From Octopus sinensis (Eukaryota): a stretch of 64,000 nucleotides of DNA. Within the stretch, counting starts at the first letter, position 1. Every line of letters begins with the position of its first letter. A program made the translations under genes and the position numbers. Location of the stretch: NCBI RefSeq assembly GCF_006345805.1, contig NC_043005.1:107694001-107758000 (forward strand), read 5' to 3'. The notes beneath the pieces are model-generated. The model did not search any database. It worked only from the letters and a program-made list of their open reading frames with translations, and was not told the origin of the DNA. Positions 1 through 12,734 of this stretch are shown here, piece after piece.

Positions 1-190
1 ATTTTTTTTAACTATTTGCAAAGTTTGTCACATGCAAAGAAACTCTGAAAAGGTATTTGGACTGGTTTTGCGAGACCTTTCTTGCATGTCTGTTAAAGAT
101 CAGCTAGAAATCTGTCTGGGCCCGTTTTTGAGTTCATTTCATCAATGGCCGATATTACATCACCCTTTTTCATGTCGAAGTAATCGATGG
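1..190 (-). mobile_element. Decayed CR1-clade LINE fragment (N-terminal part of RT domain)
   Basis: Manual minus-strand translation IDYFDMKKGDVISAIDEMNSKTGPDRFLADL*QTCKKGLAKPVQIPFQSFF resembles the CR1 ORF2 segment 'V..AI.E....SA.GPDGFPA.LLK.CK..LA.PL..LFQSF'; contains stops. Confidence 0.7.
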
Positions 191-315
191 TTGCCTCTTT
201 CCTATGAAAAGCTCATTCGCGCCTTTCCATTTGAATTACAGTTACAAATCGAGACATATGTATATATGAATGTATTTGTGTGTGTGGATGTTTAGTATAG
301 GTTACTTAAAACATG

Positions 316-545
316 TTTCCACTTCGACTTGCATATTCAATGACAGTTAATAAAACTGAAGGAGCAAACATTTGAAAAAGTTGGAATACATTTGCTCAAC
401 CGGTATTTTCTCATGGTCAATTATATGTCACATTTTCAAGAGCACGAGCTACGAACAATATCAAAGTAAGAGTTATGACACTCAATTGGGATAACAGACA
501 AGGCCAAAAACGTGGTGTATAACATACACACGAAATATTACAGTG
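316..545 (+). mobile_element. Helitron Rep/helicase C-terminal remnant (PIF1-family helicase motifs V-VI)
   Basis: Across two frameshifts it translates FPLRLAYSMTVNKTEG/QTFEKVGIHL/PVFSHGQLYVTFSRAR...TYTRNI, matching the PIF1/Helitron signature FP.RLA.AMTINKSQGQT...VG.YL..PVFSHGQLYVA.SR. Confidence 0.85.
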
Positions 546-722
546 TGTATGTCACACAGTAATATTTTGTGTACTGTGAGGAGGACCACCACACCAGCCG
601 CCCCATCATTACACATCCACCTTTCAGATCGGAGAACCAGTTAGGGGCCCGCTGGACCCCTCTCAGCATACCAATAAACCACAAAATCGCACCAATTAGC
701 ATCATCACAATCACAAAGCCCG

Positions 723-748
723 TCATATATATATATATAATATATATA

Positions 749-795
<47 letters not shown>

Positions 796-915
796 CATAT
801 ATATATATGTATGTATGTATGTGTATGTATGTATGTATGTATGTATGTATGTATGTATTATGTATGTATGTATTATGTATGTATGTATGTATGTATGCAT
901 GTATGTATGTGTGTG
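723..915. repeat. (TA)n/(TATG)n compound microsatellite
   Basis: Directly visible; source of the YI/YVCM pseudo-ORFs. Confidence 0.95.
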
Positions 916-934
916 TTTGTGTCTGTGTTTGTCC

Positions 935-1095
935 CACCACTCCCATTGCTTGACAACCGATGTTGGTGAGTTTGCATCCTTGTAATTTAGCTGTTCAGCA
1001 GAAGAGACTCATAGAATAAGCCCAGGGTTCAAATTCTTCAACTAATGGGTGGTGCTCCAGCATGTCCACCATCAAATGATTGAAAAAAATAAAAG
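935..1095 (+). mobile_element. SINE family A, 3' part
   Basis: TTGACAACCGATGTTGGTG...GGTGGTGCTCCAGCATGTCCACCATCAAATGATTGAAA matches the reverse complement of the full copy at 16181-16581. Confidence 0.75.
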
Positions 1096-1277
1096 AATAC
1101 CAGAAAAATGTTCCATACCACTAAACTACAAAGAAGGTTCTTTGAATATGTACGATGTATTTAAGTTTAAATAGTAATTCTGTTTACGTTTGTTTAACTG
1201 AGATATTTTGGTTGGATTATATAGTCATTGGTGTTATATTAGTTTCTATATTCTGTAAATGTCACAATATATTTTTC

Positions 1278-1427
1278 TAGGCCTGAAATTTTTGTGAGGA
1301 GTGGGGCCAGTAGATTAGATTGACCCGAGTACACAATTGGACAATTGGTACTTTATTTATCGACCTCGAAAGGACGAAATGTAAGTCTACCTCGGCAGAA
1401 TTTGAACCCAGAGCGTAAAGATAGACG
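1278..1427 (-). mobile_element. SINE family B, partial
   Basis: Shares GGTACTTTATTTATCGACCTCGAAAGGA...CTCGGCAGAATTTGAAC with the copies at 18088, 28686 and 35665. Confidence 0.8.
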
Positions 1428-3789
1428 GTCATAATATACAAACATTTCTCATGGCACCAGTACACTGTTTACAGATGCTTATATTTTTCATGTTTTCCGT
1501 GAATTTTTCAAGGGTCCAGCTAGTATAGTATATATATATGCATTCATGCTGTTTCCCTTTGCAAATAGTAGTTCTATTAATTAAAGAAATGTTTTCAATA
1601 AAGTTCCCAGCAGTGGTGGTGGAGTATGTGGTTGTGATGTTAGGAGTATTGGCGATAGCTATAAGGGTGTTGGTTGTGCCGTTGATGGAGGATATAATGA
1701 CGAGGGTAGCACGTGTATTATAAAGCTAGAGCTAGTATGTCAGTTATGTTGGTAATGTAAGTAATGATGGTTATTGGTTTTTGTTTGGTATCATTGATAA
1801 AAATTGTGTAACTTGTTTTAATTTTTATTGGCTTAATCAGAGGATGTCAGAGTTGTTTGATACACAATAGAATGACATACGCTTGTTGTCCCTACCACTT
1901 TTGCTCTGAGATAAAAATCCTACTGATGTGCCCAAAATAACTAGGTTACCACTATGCATATATCAAAACCCTTATCTGTAACGCAAGCTACGGATTTTAA
2001 AACATATTTGCGATAGCCAGCTCCAAATTCTAGTAAACCTCAACAATACTACAACAAAAAATATAAATCTTTGGAACCGGTATAAAATACTCCAAATCTT
2101 CCACACATGAGTGAGGTTTAATCTTCAACATTTTTCATCCATAATAGATTTTGTAAAACCACAGGCGCAAATTACATTTATGGAAATTCAAATTACTGCC
2201 CATACCACAATACTTATATTTACTTACAGGCTGTCCGGTATCTTCATATAAACATGAAACGTGAGTTGCTGCTAGAAGCCATTCAAATATATGAGTATTT
2301 AATATTTGTATATTATATGCATATCATGTATAAGTATATGTATGTATGCATTTATCTAACTATCTGTGTGTGCATGCACGTATATATGTATGTATATACA
2401 CGTATATGTGTATATATATATATATATATGTGTGTGTGTATGTGTGTGTGTGTGTGTGCGTGTGTGTGTGTGTGTGTGTGTAAGAATAGGTATTCAAGTT
2501 TTTTTTTTGGCTTGGCTTTGTATATCGATTAGTCACTGCAAACCGTTCGACTTTTCATCTTTCATGATGCACAATTTCTTGAATCAATAATGTCGCTTAA
2601 CATCTAGTGAAATGAAAGCAACTGGCAGTGACTGCATGTTGGTATTGTCATGACCTGTACTCCATCTCTTTTCATCTCAATGATAGCTATGGCGTCGTTA
2701 TTGTGTCGCAGTCGACTTGTCGGAAGGAATTAAGGTACAACGACACCTTTGACTGCAGTACTGCATCAATGACATTTTCCTACATAGTCAAAGCAAGGAG
2801 AGAAGCAAAAATACTCCTATCTTTATCGATGATCTTTCCAGCGTTTTTGCATACCTATGCAAAGAACCAAATTTAATTGTAGTATGTCGGCACAGGCCGG
2901 GATAAGTTAAAGGGATTCACTTTGAGATTAGGTGAACTGATTTCAATGTTTAGTGAGTAAAACATTTTCTGAGTCTCAGCATTTCTAAGATTATGGTGAA
3001 GTTGCAGGAATTTGCAGCCATTCAAAATTGCGGTTTCACGGGAAATACATTATATCAAAATAGCATTTTCTGTCGATGCTCCTCTGGTTTTTCGAAAAGC
3101 ATGAAGCCCCATTATCAAAAAATTGAGAGACAAGAAATATGTGATAGCGAGGTAATACCGCTGTGCTTTGGTCTGTCTTCATGTCTTCGCAGAAGTTTAA
3201 TATTGTAAAAATATTGGTGTCACAAAACATATTGGTGTCCAGCGGACACCATTATTCCTGCAGTTCAGTAAATTACGTTGACTGGAAGAAAATGGGGCGT
3301 CAGAAATGTTACTGGGGTGACAGGAAAAACGTTTGAAAAGTTGTTAGGTTCACTGCTGTTAATTAGTTGCATTAAGAGAAATACAAAACAAATAGATATT
3401 CCGCCAGGTTATCAAAGAGATCCTAGATATTTTAGCATATGAAAATAATCATATTAAAGAGGAAGAGCTTGCGACTGACACAGATGGGTTCTTAAGCTAA
3501 TGCAGCTTAGATGAGAGTTGAGCATTAAACGATACTCAGGAATATATTGAGCAAAATGTGCTGACTAGAGTGCATTACAAACTTACAGTTGTGAAAATAC
3601 CAACGCATTCACACAATTGCCACCTCACCTTTCACACCCTATCACATTCCCACACATACATACATGCACATAGAGACACATGCACACTCACATACTCGCG
3701 CACACACGCACACACACACATAAATCCAAACACACACTTGCACACATTAATGCTCGCGCACACACACACACACACATACACACGTACAT

Positions 3790-4030
3790 AGTGGCCATCT
3801 TCGCAATCTCCTGTCACAAAAAAACGCTATATCTATCTCTTCCCACTTCTGGTCACTTCAGCCATGTAATCACACACGTGCTGTTGGTGATATTTTTCTG
3901 TTTTCCTTCCTGATGAAGAGTTATGCTCGAAATATCAAAATCCTTCTCTTTTTTCCACCTTTACCGAGTGTCGACTAATACATTTCATGTGCGCGTCCTC
4001 TTGTTTTGTTATTCTTATTTCTAATTTTCG
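3790..4030 (+). mobile_element. Penelope-like element terminus with hammerhead-like core
   Basis: CTGATGAAGAGTTATGCTCGAAATATC at 3910-3936; flanks are similar to the copies at 12360-12535 and 24250-24470. Confidence 0.55.
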
Positions 4031-4354
4031 ATTATTCCTTATGATTATGTATGTGTATATACATATATATATACACACATGTATATGCATGTGCATGTAT
4101 ATGTATGTGTGTGCTTACACATATATATCAAATATATAAAAACGTGATTGCACCTGCGTGTGTGTGTGAGAGAGAGCATTTGTGTACGCACTTTCCTGAA
4201 AGAAACTGTGCATCTATTGATTTATGTATCTGTTTGTCTGGTCTGATAACCTTTCATCAATCTCCGTCTCACAATCAGTCTGATTCATATTGATCACACA
4301 ATATCCCAATTTTTCTTTCGCCATCATTTTTGCTATCCACCCAAATATGTACTA

Positions 4355-4945
4355 CATGGGAAAATGCGAGCAAGAGAAACAATATTCTTAAGATTATAAA
4401 CCTGGAAAAGTACAGGACAACTTATTATATCTGGTAAAGTACAGAACAAGAAAATTTTTAATTAAATTATTGCAGCTAAGGATAAAATCTCAAATAAAAT
4501 ATTTAGATTTAGAAAATATTAGCTTTTATTAAAACTAAAACCTTTATAACAAGTTATTACTTCTATTGAGAATGAAAAAATATAAAAATATAACTCAAAA
4601 TATTTTTTGCACTTTAAAAAATTTCATTTCTTTAATTATTAATTAATAATTAGAAATTTGAAAATAGGTTATAAAAAATAACAGTAGTACATAATTAGTA
4701 CAATAAATAGAATAATAGCAAAATGATGGTACCGTTTTTAATTAAAATGTTACCTTTAGATTAAAATCAAATAAATTTTAATACTCAACTTATATCCTTT
4801 GCTGCAATACTTTAAGTAAAAACTTTATTGTTCTGTATTTTACCAGATGTAGTAACTTGTCCTGAACTTTTCCTAGTATAATAACTTGCCCTGTACTTTT
4901 CCTGTACTTAAGCATAATATTTTTTCTTGCTCGCATTTTTCCATG
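4355..4945. mobile_element. MITE / non-autonomous Tc1-mariner-type DNA transposon
   Basis: TA|CATGGGAAAATGCGAGCAAG... at the left and ...CTTGCTCGCATTTTTCCATG|TA at the right; ~110-130 bp imperfect inverted arms with GGAAAAGTACAGG-type subrepeats; AT-rich non-coding interior. Confidence 0.8.
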
Positions 4946-6107
4946 TAATCTGTGTTTTTTCCAGGCAATGCTATTATGCTAATTAATAATATGCCAATTA
5001 GCGGTGTCACTGATAATGTTTTCCTTACCTCAATAATGCTGGTGACTTATATTAAAAGTCCCCTTATAGAACTATATTCATAAAAAATGTATAGAACTAT
5101 ATTATCACCCTCAAATTTGAGAATCAAACACTCATAACTTTTTTCTTTTAAAACTTAATTGCATGAGATTGATACCATGAAATTCTTCGAATTGAGCTCT
5201 ATCATTTAAGCTTAATTAATATATAGCTTGATTTTAAAATAAAAAGTTAATTGTTAATCCAATTTTTTGCCTTATATTTTTTCTTTCATATTTTACCTCA
5301 CAACTTTTTGATACAAATTTTTTTCCATGAAACGAAAGCCATGAAATCATTCATGCTTTCTTCTAACATTGAAACCAAGATAAATATATTTTGCTTTTAA
5401 ATAAAAAAAATTTTATTTAGATCTAAACTTGACTGCTGTCGTTACTTAATCTTCTATAACAATGTAACAAATCATCAAGTAAATTTTTTCTACAATACTT
5501 CTTCATGAAGTATTTTATATGGAACTTGAGACGGCATACCTCCATGCTGATGCAATAACTACTTTCACTCTTACTACGAGCTTACATGCACAAAGTAAAA
5601 GTTATAATCGCACAAGTTTTCCTGTTTTATTTTTTAGATCAAATTTGATAATATTCTTTCTTCGAGTCGCTTTCATAAATAGTAAAAAGTAATTGATTCC
5701 TATCTCACATGGGACTTGACAGAGCAACAAATTTGAATAACAATTTCGTTATACAAATGACTAATTTAAATAGACAAAGAATTTTAGAAACAGCAGCCAA
5801 AAGATTGCTTGGTCAGAAATACAGATGTAAGTCTTGCTAGCATCTTCAGATTTATAATTCTCGAAATATTATGTCGATGAAGGAAATGAAGTTTTATAAT
5901 TCTAATCCAGAAATGCGTCCATAATTAATGGTAAACTGTTTGATTTCATTATTTTCCTTCTTTTTGCCTATGTGAGTTACAAATAAATGTTATCTGTGGA
6001 GACATATTTTGTAGGAAAAAGAAATAGCAATCTTTTGGGTGCTATTTCTAAAATTTTCGGTATATGGTCAAGAAACTTGTTGCTATGCCCTTAGTTATTG
6101 TTATAAT

Positions 6108-6155
<48 letters not shown>

Positions 6156-6231
6156 CATACATACATACATACATACATACATACATGCATACATACATGC
6201 ATACATACATACATGCATACATATATATATA

Positions 6232-6352
6232 TTGGCCTGCTCGCTTAGCCGGTGGGGTGGCGTCATTTGGATGCTAAAACAATGCGAAGCGCATTATGAC
6301 CAGCGATGTGTAGCAACATCTGATAGCCTGGTCGGTCACGGTGATCACGGTG

Positions 6353-6353
<1 letters not shown>
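6232..6353 (+). mobile_element. Probable retroposon 3' tail embedded in microsatellite
   Basis: Non-microsatellite island ending GGTCACGGTGATCACGGTGATA; recalled as a common octopus repeat tail, single copy here. Confidence 0.35.
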
Positions 6354-6388
<35 letters not shown>

Positions 6389-7862
6389 GCGAGTGCTCGA
6401 ATACGCATTGAGTCTTGGCATATGTGTGCATGTGTGTATGGGTATAATATGCCTCAATGTAAATCGTTGAATCCAACGAAAATAGCTCGTAGAAAGTAGT
6501 TATTGTACAGCGATGAGATATGATCCATTTCATCAATAGATATATTTAGTCATTCAAAAAATAAGAATAAATTAAAATAAGTACTAGATGAAGTATTTTA
6601 GTTGATATTATCGAGATAAATATTCGGGGACATGCTCTCCACAACACCTGAGACCAATGACTGAAATCAAAAATATATATACATATATATAACCCCCCCC
6701 CCGCACACACACACACGCACAAACAAACAAATATACATACACATTCAAACAAACATATTTGTATATGAAACTGAAAACGTGTACAGATTATTGTAATTTA
6801 TGATGTTATAAAATAATTTATTGGAAATTCCATTTTCATTCTGCTCTACGATATATGTGTGTGTGCGTGTGTGAGTCTGAGTGTTTGTGTATGTATGAAT
6901 GAATATGTGTAAGTGTGTGTATGTATAAGAATATTTATATGTAAGTATATATATATATATGTGAGTGTGTGCATGTGTATGTATATGTGTTTGTGTAAGT
7001 ATATAGATATTCATGTATGTATGGGTACATCTTTGTTGTATTTATAAACAATTAGTATTTATTATTTTACTGCCCTGCTATACATGAGCAATTGCATTTA
7101 GCTATATATCATCCTTATTGTATTTATAATAGATAAGTCCTAAATCACATTTCCTAATGTCTTTATTAAAATCATGATATGAATTGGTTGCTGGTAAACG
7201 TAAGTGGCTTGTGACGTTTGTCGCAAAGTAACACACCGCTTACGATAGAAAGCTAAGCAAGAAGAAACGCGAACGTAAGGTGCTCTGGGGGACAAAGATT
7301 TCCTTTTATTGGCGAAGCATAAATTTTTTGCGCGTAGGTTGGGAGAAAACAATGCGAGGTTTCTTCGCAACAGAGATAACATATTTTTCTGTGTCTTTAC
7401 TGTTTTGTAGATGAAAGAAACTAACAAACACTTTTCTCGTTAACGAAGAGAAACGATCTGAAACGTCGGCGAAATCTTCTACCAAACATATTAAAGCTTA
7501 AGAACCGTACTTTATTAATATAAGGCATATACATAAAGAAACATTTTTTTTTCTTTTTGGACAGACGGGAAAAAAAATTGACTACAAACGTTAGACTATA
7601 TTTAATATACTATTACTAGCCAAAGATCCTTGAATCTTTGCTCTAACATTCAAGATACTGTTAATTCAAGCGGTTCCAATAATGTGTAAACATGGAAACG
7701 TTAATTAACAGTGACAATTCAGGATATCTTAGCTCCTATTAAAACATTTTACAACCTGCATGCTGATATGAGTATATATCCACATCCATATATCCATATA
7801 TCCCCACCCATCAATCTGTCCATTTACACCTATCTATACACATACACGCGGAGATATATGTA

Positions 7863-7900
<38 letters not shown>

Positions 7901-8149
7901 GTGTGTGTGTATGTGCGTGTGTGTGTGTATTATATGCATGTGTATATGTGTTATCTAAATATGCATATGTGCATTTTGCTTATCTGAAACTTTGAAGAAG
8001 AATGTGTATCTGTTATTAGTATCCCATAGTGTGTGACAGTGAATGAATACGCCGCCGTGTGAGAATGAACTCAGAACCACAGACTGCATTTTAAACATTT
8101 GAACCACACAGACATGCCGGCGCTATCGTATTCATATAAATTAATATCC

Positions 8150-8472
8150 ACTCTATATGCATATATACACTATCTATATGAGTATATGTGTATATAAATA
8201 TTTACGTACATGCACATACACATATTCACACACAGACAAATACATACGCACACAGACATACATATATATACATACACGTGCACACATATACGTATAGAAA
8301 TACATTTATAAGTATCGAGGTATAGTACGTATGTGACTCTCTGCCTATGTACGCATAAAGCTATGTAATATATGTGGACATATGCAAACAAACACGAGCC
8401 TACACTCCAACACATACATAAAAGCATAAACACATGCAGATATATCGACATATGTATATATACACACATATC

Positions 8473-8534
<62 letters not shown>

Positions 8535-8690
8535 TATATTTATATATATACATACATGCATATATATATGTATATATATGTATATATATATAAATATAAC
8601 ATATACATGTAAATATATGTATATACTATATATATGTATGTACATGTATACGTATATACGTATATATATGTATATATATTTATATATATG

Positions 8691-8723
<33 letters not shown>

Positions 8724-9291
8724 GTACATATACATACATATATATATATATACATATGTATATATATATATATATGTATATATAAATACACATATATATA
8801 TATATATACATACAGTTAAAAACGTACATACATCAATGTATGCAAATATGTTTCAACCATAGACAGAACTATATAATCTGCTCATATTTCTTTATCAATT
8901 CATATTATGAGATTTTCTTACGGCAAGTAACTTTTGTGTGTCAGAACACTCACTAATAAATCTACTTACATCAAACATAGAAGCCTCCAATGTAAATATG
9001 GAGTGTATTTTATGTGAACAGGGTAGAATCGGTTTTAAGTACTTGCCTATTTACTTAGTGAATTTCTACGACTTTGTGTGGATTGTATTAATACATATCC
9101 ATTTTGAGGTTGTAATATTAAATGTGCCTGTAAACACACATCTGTACACCGAAATAAAAACACACGCAGATACACATACACTCATGCAAACATAGACACA
9201 CACGAAAGCGCACGTCAGAAACAATAAACAAATACAAGGCTACATATAAAATATGTACACATCAACCAAACACACACGCATATTCATTTAG

Positions 9292-9350
<59 letters not shown>

Positions 9351-9732
9351 GGTTCGTGCATAACTATATGTATGTGTGTCTGTATGCGCGTACTTGCATC
9401 CGTTTGTGTCAGTTTGTATATATGTATATTTTCAAATTCGCACAAATATATTCCTCTATTTGTGTATTGGAACTCTGGGGATTAATACATTTTATTGCTA
9501 AATATATGTGTGTATGTGTGTGTGTGTGTGTTTGTGTGTGTTTGTCTGAATGTGTATGTGTGTATGTACGCGCCTATGCGCATCTATACGTGCGTATATA
9601 TGTGCAAACAGACATGTCTCGTATGGTTTTGATAAATGTAATAATTGTGTATTTATCATTTTATTTCTATCATTATATAAACCTCTTTCTATCTACCTGC
9701 CTATATAGATACACACATAAGTACATACAAAA

Positions 9733-9804
<72 letters not shown>

Positions 9805-9938
9805 ATGCATAGAAACAGACATATATGTGTTTGTGTTTGTGCGCGTGTGTTTGTATCTCAATACATACGTATACACAATTCTATATTTCTATATATCTGT
9901 GTATATATCTATATCTATATCTGTATACTTGTATATAC

Positions 9939-9999
<61 letters not shown>

Positions 10000-10012
10000 T
10001 ATATATATGTAT

Positions 10013-10092
<80 letters not shown>

Positions 10093-10639
10093 TGAGAATA
10101 TTTGATTGTGTACTGATGACCATGTGTTAGCATTTTAATATTACTTGTGTATTTTATACTCCTATGCACACATTGATATTTAGCGTTACTCAAATACAAA
10201 TACGCTTAGATATGCACGAAATCATATGTTTTTCTTTATAAAGTTATATTTCGTTGAATATAAGATCGGATTTGTGAAAATGCATGTGTACACCAGTTAA
10301 GTTCATGTTAATGTATACATCTTACATCTATAAGCGTTGCATTTCTAAATACATATACATATTTATGTGTATGTATATATATGAATGTATGTATCTATGT
10401 ATGTACGTGTATATGCGTGTTCGTGTGCGTACGCATTCAGAAATGTATATATGCTTACTTATACATACATGAATATAGTTATATATTTATCCCTGAATAC
10501 ACACACAGACACACACACACACATACATATATATATAGTCCATTGCACATTAGCAAAATCATATATGATACATAAATATACATCGATGATACAGATATAT
10601 ATTCATATAGGCATATTTATGGGAACATATATAAAACCC

Positions 10640-10694
<55 letters not shown>

Positions 10695-10920
10695 ATATAT
10701 ATGTGTGTGTGTATATATATTATATATACATATATACATATATACATATATATATATATATGATATACCTATACATATATATGCATATATTTATGTATAT
10801 ATATATGCATATATTTATGTATATATATATGCATATATTTATGTATATATATATATACATATATACATGTGTATATATATATACATATATACATACACAC
10901 ACCCGCATATATTTATTTGC
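8150..10920. repeat. Cluster of (TA)n/(CA)n/(TATG)n compound microsatellites
   Basis: Directly visible arrays at about 8150-8820, 9290-9350, 9720-10090 and 10630-10900. Confidence 0.95.
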
Positions 10921-12153
10921 TGAGAGAGAGGAGAGCGCGGGAGATAGGTGAAAATAATGATACAATCAGATCAAAGACCGTGTATGTATAGTGATGAGCT
11001 TTAAAAATAAATGAAAAAAGAAAATTATACGATGAACAAAATAAAACAAAGTTACAAAAAAAAGTACCTCAATAAACAGTGAAAGTGAGAGAAAAAATGA
11101 GTGCGACAGAGAGCGAGAGCGAGAGAAAGAAAACGAGAGAGGAAGAGGGCCAACGAAGTAAAGGAAAGAATTGAAAATAATAAAATATTATTATTAAAAA
11201 GGGGAAAAAAAGACTTAAAATACATAACGAACATAAGAAATTTCCATCATAGAAAGCAATAAATTTAATTACAATCTGGTCACCACTGATTTACAACAGT
11301 CTTCTATATTTTGGGGATTTATTCCTGAAGATAATGACTGATGTCGTATTTGTTTTTTGTTGATGTTTTTCTTTTCCTTATATTCTGCTTTATTATATTA
11401 TATTTCGGATTTTCTTTTTTTTTCAGTTTATTTCGTTTGTTCCCATCCGCCTCCCCAAAACCCACTTTTCTCTCGTTATATATTGACCAACAGAAATCGA
11501 TACACACCAGTTATATAGCATATGCCTTTATAGATTTTCATGTTTGCAGTTTGAGATTAAAACAAGAGCGAACATCATCATTATCGTTACCATCAAGGTG
11601 ACGGCTATAATGATGATCATCATCATAGCATCAGATTTGACGAGATGAACTCGTAAATACGTATATATACATATGTATTTATATATACATAAATATATAT
11701 ACATACATGCATGCATACATACATACATACATACATACATACATACATACATACATACATACATACATACATACATACATCTATATATATATGCATATCC
11801 ACATATATAGATATAAACGCAGGAACTTATCTGGAACCAAGACAACACAGAATGTCTGACAAAATGAATCAGAAATTTTTGCGCATCTTTTCTCTTATAC
11901 TTTTCTTCCTTTCTTTCATTTTTTATTTTGACTGCTTTAATTTAAAACCCCATCGAATTTACCTTTGAATGTAATTAACTTCACGCGTGTCGTTGCACAT
12001 GGCAGATGGGTATTAGGGTTCTTTTTATGTACTGTAAACTTTTCTGTAACATATATATACAGAAATTAAATCAAATAAAATACTGACAACCGCAGCAGTA
12101 CAAATATATGTATGTATGTATGTATGCATGTATGTATGTATGTATGTATGTAT

Positions 12154-12272
12154 GTATACGGCCATATCACTTTGAAAACACCGGCTCTCGTCCGATCACC
12201 GAAGGTAAGCAACGTCGAGCCTAGTTAGTACTTAGCCGGGATACCGCTTGGGAAACCTAGGTGCTGTAAACG
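12154..12272 (+). rRNA. 5S rRNA: 5S rRNA copy (variant or pseudogene; head of a chimeric element)
   Basis: 119 nt GTATACGGCCATATCACTTTGAAAACACCGGCTCTCGTCCGATCACCGAAGGTAAGCAACGTCGAGCCTAGTTAGTACTTAGCCGGGATACCGCTTGGGAAACCTAGGTGCTGTAAAC aligns end to end with invertebrate 5S rRNA. Terminal helix and CCTAG/CTAGG helix can pair; the box C region (normally GGATGGG.GACC) is altered. Confidence 0.9.
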
Positions 12273-12282
12273 TCTTTCTATC

Positions 12283-12350
12283 CTTAAAGGTGGTGCTCCA
12301 GCATGGCCGTAGTCAAATGACTGAAACAAGTAAAAGAGTAAAAGTGTAAA
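12283..12350 (+). mobile_element. SINE family A 3' tail fused downstream of 5S
   Basis: TAAAGGTGGTGCTCCAGCATGGCCGTAGTCAAATGACTGAAACAAGTAAAAGAGTAAAAG matches the tail of the 16181-16581 copy. Confidence 0.85.
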
Positions 12351-12359
12351 GGTAAATCG

Positions 12360-12535
12360 ACATTTAAAAAGTAACCAATCGACAAAAGTCAAGACGATGT
12401 AAACATCGAATGTTTTAACTTGACGCTCAGTGTAAAATGGAAAAAAAAAAGCGTGGGTGTACAGCGTTTCGAGCATGGCTCTTCGTCAGAAAGAGGAGAG
12501 AGGAAAGGTCTGAAGAAGGAAGAAAGCCCAAGAAA
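12360..12535 (-). mobile_element. Penelope-like element terminus with hammerhead-like core
   Basis: Minus strand CTGACGAAGAGCCATGCTCGAAACGCTGTA at 12460-12489. Confidence 0.55.
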
Positions 12536-12734
12536 TCAGGTGTGTGCTTACATAGCTGAGTGTGTATGGTTACATGCATAAATGTGTGTGTGTGAAAGTT
12601 TGTATGCATGTATGTATAACCACTCAACTCGAATTTTTTTTCAGGTTTTAGATCCCACAGTAAACGTTCCGTTTTTGTTCTTAAACATGCTTTGAAAGAA
12701 ATCTTCAGTATATACCATTTTCCATTCATCATCC

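Noticed and set aside
2540-2870. Possible hAT dimerisation-domain remnant on the minus strand (LYLNS...KEMEYR)
   Set aside because: Too many stops and too few conserved residues to support by eye.
3280-3560. Possible Tc1-like N-terminus (MGRQK...)
   Set aside because: No diagnostic motif recovered; multiple stops.
7435-7475. Fourth hammerhead-like string TAACGAAGAG...TGAAACGTC
   Set aside because: CUGA core is mutated and stems I/II pair poorly; at most a heavily decayed relative.
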